Positions 57,880 through 64,000 of a stretch of DNA of 64,000 nucleotides are shown here, piece after piece. Position 1 is the first letter of the stretch. Every line of letters begins with the position of its first letter. The notes under the pieces were generated by a model, which was not told the origin of the DNA, ran no database searches, and saw only the letters and a list, made by a program, of their open reading frames with translations. Source of the DNA: Oikopleura dioica (lineage: Eukaryota > Animalia > Chordata); contig OU015567.1 of assembly GCA_907165135.1 (NCBI GenBank), positions 3,100,001 through 3,164,000 on the forward strand, read 5' to 3'. The translations under genes were made by a program, and so were the position numbers.

Positions 57880-58597
57880 CAGAGTTTGAAATGCTCGCAA
57901 ATGCTCGCGAGCGAAAAGAGCGAGAGCAAAAATTTATCATTGCTCTGAGAGCAGGGGAGCGGGAGCATGAAAATGAGTTGGCTCGAGAGCCAAAAGAGCA
58001 CGAGCCCGAATTTGAACCCGCTCGCGAGCGCAGAGAGCACGAGCGCATATGTCAGAAATGCTCGGGAGCTAGACGAGCGGGAGCGGCTGCTCTCGTGCTC
58101 GCCATGGAATTGACTCACGAGCGGCTCGCGAGCAAAATTAAAAGAATAATTTTTTCGCATAATTATTCACTTTCATAAATAAATTTCTTTGAGGATCTAT
58201 TTTTGGTGCTTTTAGTTTTATGTAAGCTTCATTAGGTCCGTAATCTCGGCAGCAGAATGCGAAAAGCCGAATGTAAACAGATAAAACATGCCCACCGCGA
58301 GGTGCTAACTCCTGTGACAGGGACTCATATGGAATTAGTCACGGGGCCGCCGAATCATTTGAGACCCTTGAAGGCTGCTCGCGAGTCAGTTTTTTCAGCT
58401 CGAGAGCCGATCGAGCGAGAGCACAATTCGACCAGTGCTCGAGAGCCAAGAGAGCGAGAGCGCGAAATGAAATGCGCTCGCGAGCGCAAAGAGCGCGAAC
58501 TCTGAAATAAATGTGCTCGGGAGCACAAAGAGCATCATGCTCGTGCTCGCTCGCTCTCAAGAGAGCCGCTCGCGAGTCACGAAAATTTCAAACTCTG
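57880..58597. mobile_element. hAT-type MITE (718 bp) with dense subterminal GAGC/GCTC arrays, intergenic
   Basis: TIR CAGAGTTTGAAAT / ATTTCAAACTCTG; 8-bp TSD CCTAGAAC at 57872-57879 and 58598-58605. Confidence 0.93.
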
Positions 58598-61500
58598 CCT
58601 AGAACCATGCTGGAAATCGCTCATTCAGCTTTGAAAACAAGTCTGGTAGGGGTGATGAGCTCAAAGAGAATAAATTATTAATCAAGTTGTCACGCTTCCC
58701 TTTAGTTAAAGCCAAGCAATGGTGTTTAAAAAATGACAGCTTCTAACTTTTTTCTCACCAAATGAAACACACTCAATTTTCGCTTCAACTGAAGAAGTCA
58801 GCCTTTTTTATGTTTTTGGAATGGGGAAAATACAAAAAAGGCGGCATCTTCCTTTAGAATTAGCGCCAAGGTCAGACAATATGGGTTTTTCGCACAATCT
58901 CGAGGGCATCTAAGTATTTGTATCCTCCTCGCTGATCAAGCCACTTGGCGCAGTTGGGCACACAAGTGGTCGCCAAATGTGTCCGCCAAGTATGCCCTTA
59001 GGTGAGAGTTGCTCCTTACTGTAACTCCTCTAGTTCAGAGCAAAGGTAGTAGTTTATAGTTTCTTTGCGCCAGGTTTCAGCAGGCGGAAGCGCGCATTTC
59101 CACCATCGGCACGGGCGTACAATGGATCAAAAGCGCCGCAGGCACGTGTCACTAGAAGGTGTCAAAAAGATAAATTTATTAAACCTGGCATTCGCGGGCA
59201 ATTTCTTTAGTTCCAAGCCAGTCGGAACAAATTACAGGTGGACGATGAAACTACAGGGAAAATGACTCGTTACGGGTCGTTCTCTTCCTTGATTTCAACT
59301 TTTCAAAAGGAAAAACGTAACTAGAAAAAGCAAGCTTCTAGTAAAAATAAACAAAAAAGTCTATTTATAGCAACCTTTCTTTGACAAATGATGCGTTAGA
59401 GTTATGATTAGTCTTATGAGCGTATATTAGTGACATCCCCTAATTATGGCTGACATCCGGTCGCGTAGAGTCTTTGCTGGTCAGCGGTATTTTTGAAAGA
59501 GCCGCTTGTCAAATTTGTTTCCGGAGAGGGCGCGTAATATACACACTTTATCGCCACTTGTTTAATTATAGCACTTGATTACTATTTTTGAACCGTAACA
59601 AGTCTGATTTTTCTGTGTATTTCGAGAAGCCTTCAGGCGCCGACCCGAAGCCCTGAACAAAGCCGATTCTAGCACGGGTCTGTCCGGCGCCGTCGTTTTT
59701 CCACTTTCGCCTTTTTGTGCTGACAAGTTTTTCGCCATCAATCTTCTTGTAGAGTTAGATCCTGGCCACTTCTGCGCGGCGAGATCAAACGAAAAGGATC
59801 ATCCGAGGCGACGAGCATCCTGGCCTTGTATATTTGCGCCCTCTGTTGTTCGGAAATTGAGCGATTATGGAGCCGCCTAGAAATACTGAAGAAAGCCATA
59901 AAAGTTCATTTGTGAATACAGTTTTCAACAATCAAGGGCGTGCACCAATCAAAAAGCTTCGATAAATGTCTCGTAGACAGTTTGTTGTGCAATGTTTTAA
60001 TGAAGCCCTATTCCTATCAAAAATCTTGGTTCATTTGGTTTGATATTATTTGAATTCAATGAAGAAGAACTTGAAGTTTCTAAAATACAAAAGAGCTCAT
60101 TATGAGGATTATCTAATGATGTGGCCTAAGCTTCCGGGAAGTGCCAATGTCGCAGACTCGTGGCGTCCCTGCTCAAAGGGCACCATTCTGCTCCACCGCC
60201 AATTAGAGGCGACGCGCGGGGCGCGATCCCTCTGATTAGAGTGTCGATTTATCTCACCAAAGCCTATTCAGGGCAAATGATCAGGCGCCGAAAAAACTCC
60301 ACCGCCGCGGCGCCGCAATGTCCTAGAAGAAGTCATGGTACATGCGCGGCGCACCATCGAAGTTGATTTCCGCCAACTCTGCTGAATTTTCTTAAAATAG
60401 CGGGGAAAATCGACTTTTAATGAAAGCGAGATTTTCGACCAGAAAATGTATTTTGCAGAAATGTCTCCCAAAACGGATTACCACCGATTTCCGGCTGATC
60501 CCTTTTTGGTCGATTACGCATATCTATTCTCTGGCTAAAAGCCCCTTTTCCGGAATAAATAATACACCCTCCTGTTGAGTGATAGATTCGCCACGCATCA
60601 GCGGATTGTAACAAATGGGCGAAAATATAAACTCGAAAAAGCCTATTTAGCAAACGGGAGGCTCCACGGAGCAGACCGGAAGGAAAGGGGAAGAATTCTG
60701 ACAAGTGGCACAGGTATTAAGACAAATTTCAAGAAGGAGAAGCGTAAAATCGGATTTTCTGGAATGGGCAAAATATGACAGTACAAACAAACAGTACAGG
60801 GGTTGAGAGTAAAAGTTGCACGAAAATTGGTTCACTGGCATAAAGGGGTTAAAAGTGAAGGGTTGAAGATCAGGGGTTCAAAAAAAGAAATGACAAAAAA
60901 CAGGTTAAAATGGATAAAATATGATTTTGAACAAGTATCAAAATACCCAGCCAAGTTGAAGTTTACACAATACACGATAAAAAACATAGTTTTATGATTA
61001 TGATTGGCAAAAGTCATTAGAGACGCGAAGTCGGTTCCGGGAGGAAACGAGACCTGGAAGTAAACGGGCTTCTTATCGGAAGCAGGAAAAAATAAAAGTC
61101 ACGACGCGCTCACACTCTCAAATTCGCGCGAGACTAGTGACACCGAAAATAATTACCGTCGTTCAAATTTGTCAAAGTCAAAATCTATCGAGGAAATCTT
61201 CCAACAAATTCAAGGGGGTCGTTTTAATGATCAAATAAGGGCGTCACCATGGCAAGTTTTTTATAAAACTCTTCTTGAAAAGCTGGTTTTAAAGATTTCA
61301 TTTTTTTTTGAAAATAAAAAGTGGGAATTCTAGTCGGATTCTGCCATTTTGAAATTCATCCCTCGCGTCCAAAGTGACATAAACTCACGTTTCGATGCCT
61401 GTGCGAGGTCCCCTGCATCAGGAAAATGCCATTTTCGCCGCCGCATTATCACCTGATATCCCGCCGCGCCGTCGTAAATCGGACACACCAGCGCGACGCC

Positions 61501-64000
61501 AGCCATGCCACCAGTAGCATTATCAGCCTCGCTGACGGAAATTCAAAATCAAATGACACCAGCAAGACACCTTAACATTTTAGATGATGTGGACTCCAGA
61601 CGCAGAAAATATCCGTAATTATCGAATTTTGACGCTTCTTTTCTTCTCAAATCAAAAACTCAAACCCGACTCAAGAATTCTATGGTCAAAAAATTCTAGA
61701 ATAATAGTTATTCCAGCCCCGGGAAACCCGTTCTGAAATCCCACTTCTTTCTGAGAAACGAACAGACAGATCAGTGGGATTACCAGAAAAAGTTCAGCAA
61801 GATTAGCGCAACAAGAGGGAAATGCCAACTTGTTGGTAATTCTTTCTCATGATTACTTCATAGAGCAAATGCTCATAGGTGAGTCCTCAATCCAGAAAAA
61901 GTCAAGGGAAAGTCGGCTGGATCAGAAGAGACAGCCTAAAGATATCCCGGTTGTCAATAAAAGGACAGAAAATCTCTGGGATAAAGGCGAAGGTTTACTG
62001 TGGAATTACGCTAAAATCACAATTAATGCCGCTCAGTGGCTCTTTTTAGTAAAAAAATAAAAATAAAATATAATAACAAAAATTTTATCATGGATTGTAA
62101 AAATTTATTCGTGAAGCCGCTTCGCGGCTTCGTTCGAAGAAAAGCCGCTATGCGTCTTTAAATATAAGCCCTTTCTGACCCTGACTCAGGTTTTCTACAC
62201 AGATTGCAGAGCCATAGAATTAAAAGATATTGACACCATTTTTTCTCAGTATAAAGCTATTTACGAAAAGAAAATCAGCTGTGAGATCAGATTGCGCGTA
62301 AATATCTAAATTATGACATTGTAACGAGTAAATCATGGTTGGCGGCTGCGCGCAAGCCTAAAATAGCCACGCGGACGTAAATCAGACGAGATTACGGGAA
62401 GAGTTTTGTCATTTACGGGCGATTCGGGTGTGAGGCGAATAATTGCCAAAAATAGCAACAGAGCTTCCGGATAACAAATCCTTCAATTATTCGTTTATTT
62501 GGAAAAATCAGAAGGCAAAGGACCTGAAAGGATCAATTTATTCTAATGAAAATCGGGGGATTCTGAAACAGGCTCGGAAAAAATGAAGATAAAGGAGAAA
62601 AATTAACATATTTTTATGTTTTTTTTATTGTTAAATATTAAGAAGCTTTAGCAGTATCCTTATAAGATAATTCGAATAAAGAGTCGTTACAGTGACACCC
62701 TTATTGCCCTTTTTAATTGATGCATTGAAAGAATAGTTGTTCAAAAAATTGCCCATCTGTTCGATCCGCTCATCCCCTTTGTTCGCAACTCCTCCACCGC
62801 CGATCCGATTCTTTTTCCGGCAACTTTCGAAAAGGACACTCGAATGATTGTTTTTCGCGAAACAAAGTCCACTTCCGAATGTAAAGTACTTAGCGCTGAA
62901 AAGAGTACTTTCAGACGGAAGGGTCCGAAATCCTAACGGAAGGAGGGATTTAGCGCGACAAAGTGGAAAACTACACACCACTCTTTTTTACTTTCAAAAG
63001 GGGGTAGAATTCGTTTATCAAGAATTTTAATCGTTTTATTGAAATAGAAGGGCCTGAGAAAGCAAAAACTAAATAGTACTATACGATTGTTAATTTTTTT
63101 CTTGCCAGACTTGCTGGAGTCGTTCTGGTGGTGAATTCGTCAACTCAGGCTTGATCGAGCCAATTAATTCACACTATAACGATACCTGAAGATTGGAGAG
63201 AGAAAGAGGGCTTATTGATCAAGTTTATTCCCTAACGCGAAGAAAAAGTCTCAGGACTCGGTGGCGCGGAATCCATCACCAATTGATAGGGGCGTCGGAA
63301 CGGCGCAGTTTTCAGCCATTATTTTTATTTTGTTGTTAATTAAATTACTATCAAAAATACTACTTAATCAAAATAGCCTTCTGACACCCTTAATTCCCTT
63401 AATTTTTGGAGAAAGCCGGAAAATTTCCAGAAAAATCCCGCGCGAAACAAATTTATTTCATCACAGGAATGAAGCTCTATCAATATGACCATAAGTTCAG
63501 TAACTGATAGTTCACACGAGTAAGAAATAATGCCCCGGAAACTATTTGGATAAGACCCGACAACCCGTGTCCGTCTCTTTGTCTTTTTTCACCATGCTGT
63601 CGCTCGCATTTTCCCAGCTGGAATACAATTCTTGTCCTTGAATACTCAATACTTATTTTTTGATTTTGATTGTTGCAGTTTTTGGCGTTCAATGGAAAGT
63701 CCTTTCTCAAGCTATTCAATTTCCGGAGCTTTCTACAAAATTGGACATGAATTTCGTCCCTGCTCGAAATGGAATTTAACAATAAAAAAGCACAATCCAT
63801 TTTGCTCGGATTAATAATGATAATTTTATGCGGTAAGGTAATGGTCAAAAAAAATTGATTCCCTTATTTATGAAAAAATTTCTGATGAAAAGGCCGAAAA
63901 TGATAATTGCTGCATTTTCATCCAATATTTAGAAAATCGAAGAAAAAAGCCCAATAAGAACTTTATCGATACAAGTTTGTCAATTTTCTCAGACCATAAT

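Noticed and set aside
57873-58560. Arg/Glu-rich ORFs (e.g. 57891-58178, 58257-58505)
   Set aside because: By-products of GAGC repeats inside a TIR/TSD-bounded MITE.

Overview
Compact, intron-rich eukaryotic (animal) DNA, not prokaryotic. Most introns are 40-60 bp, several have non-canonical GA or GC donors, same-strand genes sit 80-250 bp apart, and there are many Thr/Cys-rich secreted proteins. Together these point to an appendicularian tunicate such as Oikopleura dioica (inference). About 21 genes could be assembled by hand: a multi-module astacin protease, a CysD/mucin (oikosin-like) protein, a claudin/PMP22-like protein, VCP/p97, PGS1, PTRH2, DAW1/WDR69, two secreted EF-hand paralogues, an ABCA transporter, dynamin, a carbonyl-reductase SDR, a CUB protein, two C-type lectins in a 2.2-kb tandem duplication, a small Cys-rich secreted protein, Flower/CACFD1, a GT31 glycosyltransferase, a TTLL3/8 glycylase, a GPI-anchored multi-LU protein, a divergent Smad2/3 and SORD. 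The most striking signal is four unrelated non-autonomous hAT-type elements, each with terminal inverted repeats and a perfect 8-bp target-site duplication (TSD). Three lie in coding exons, and each offers an in-frame splicing route that uses an AG at the element end. The 939-bp foldback in the TTLL gene forms a precise GT-AG intron (introner-like). All exon structures were read by eye, and splicing is predicted, not shown.
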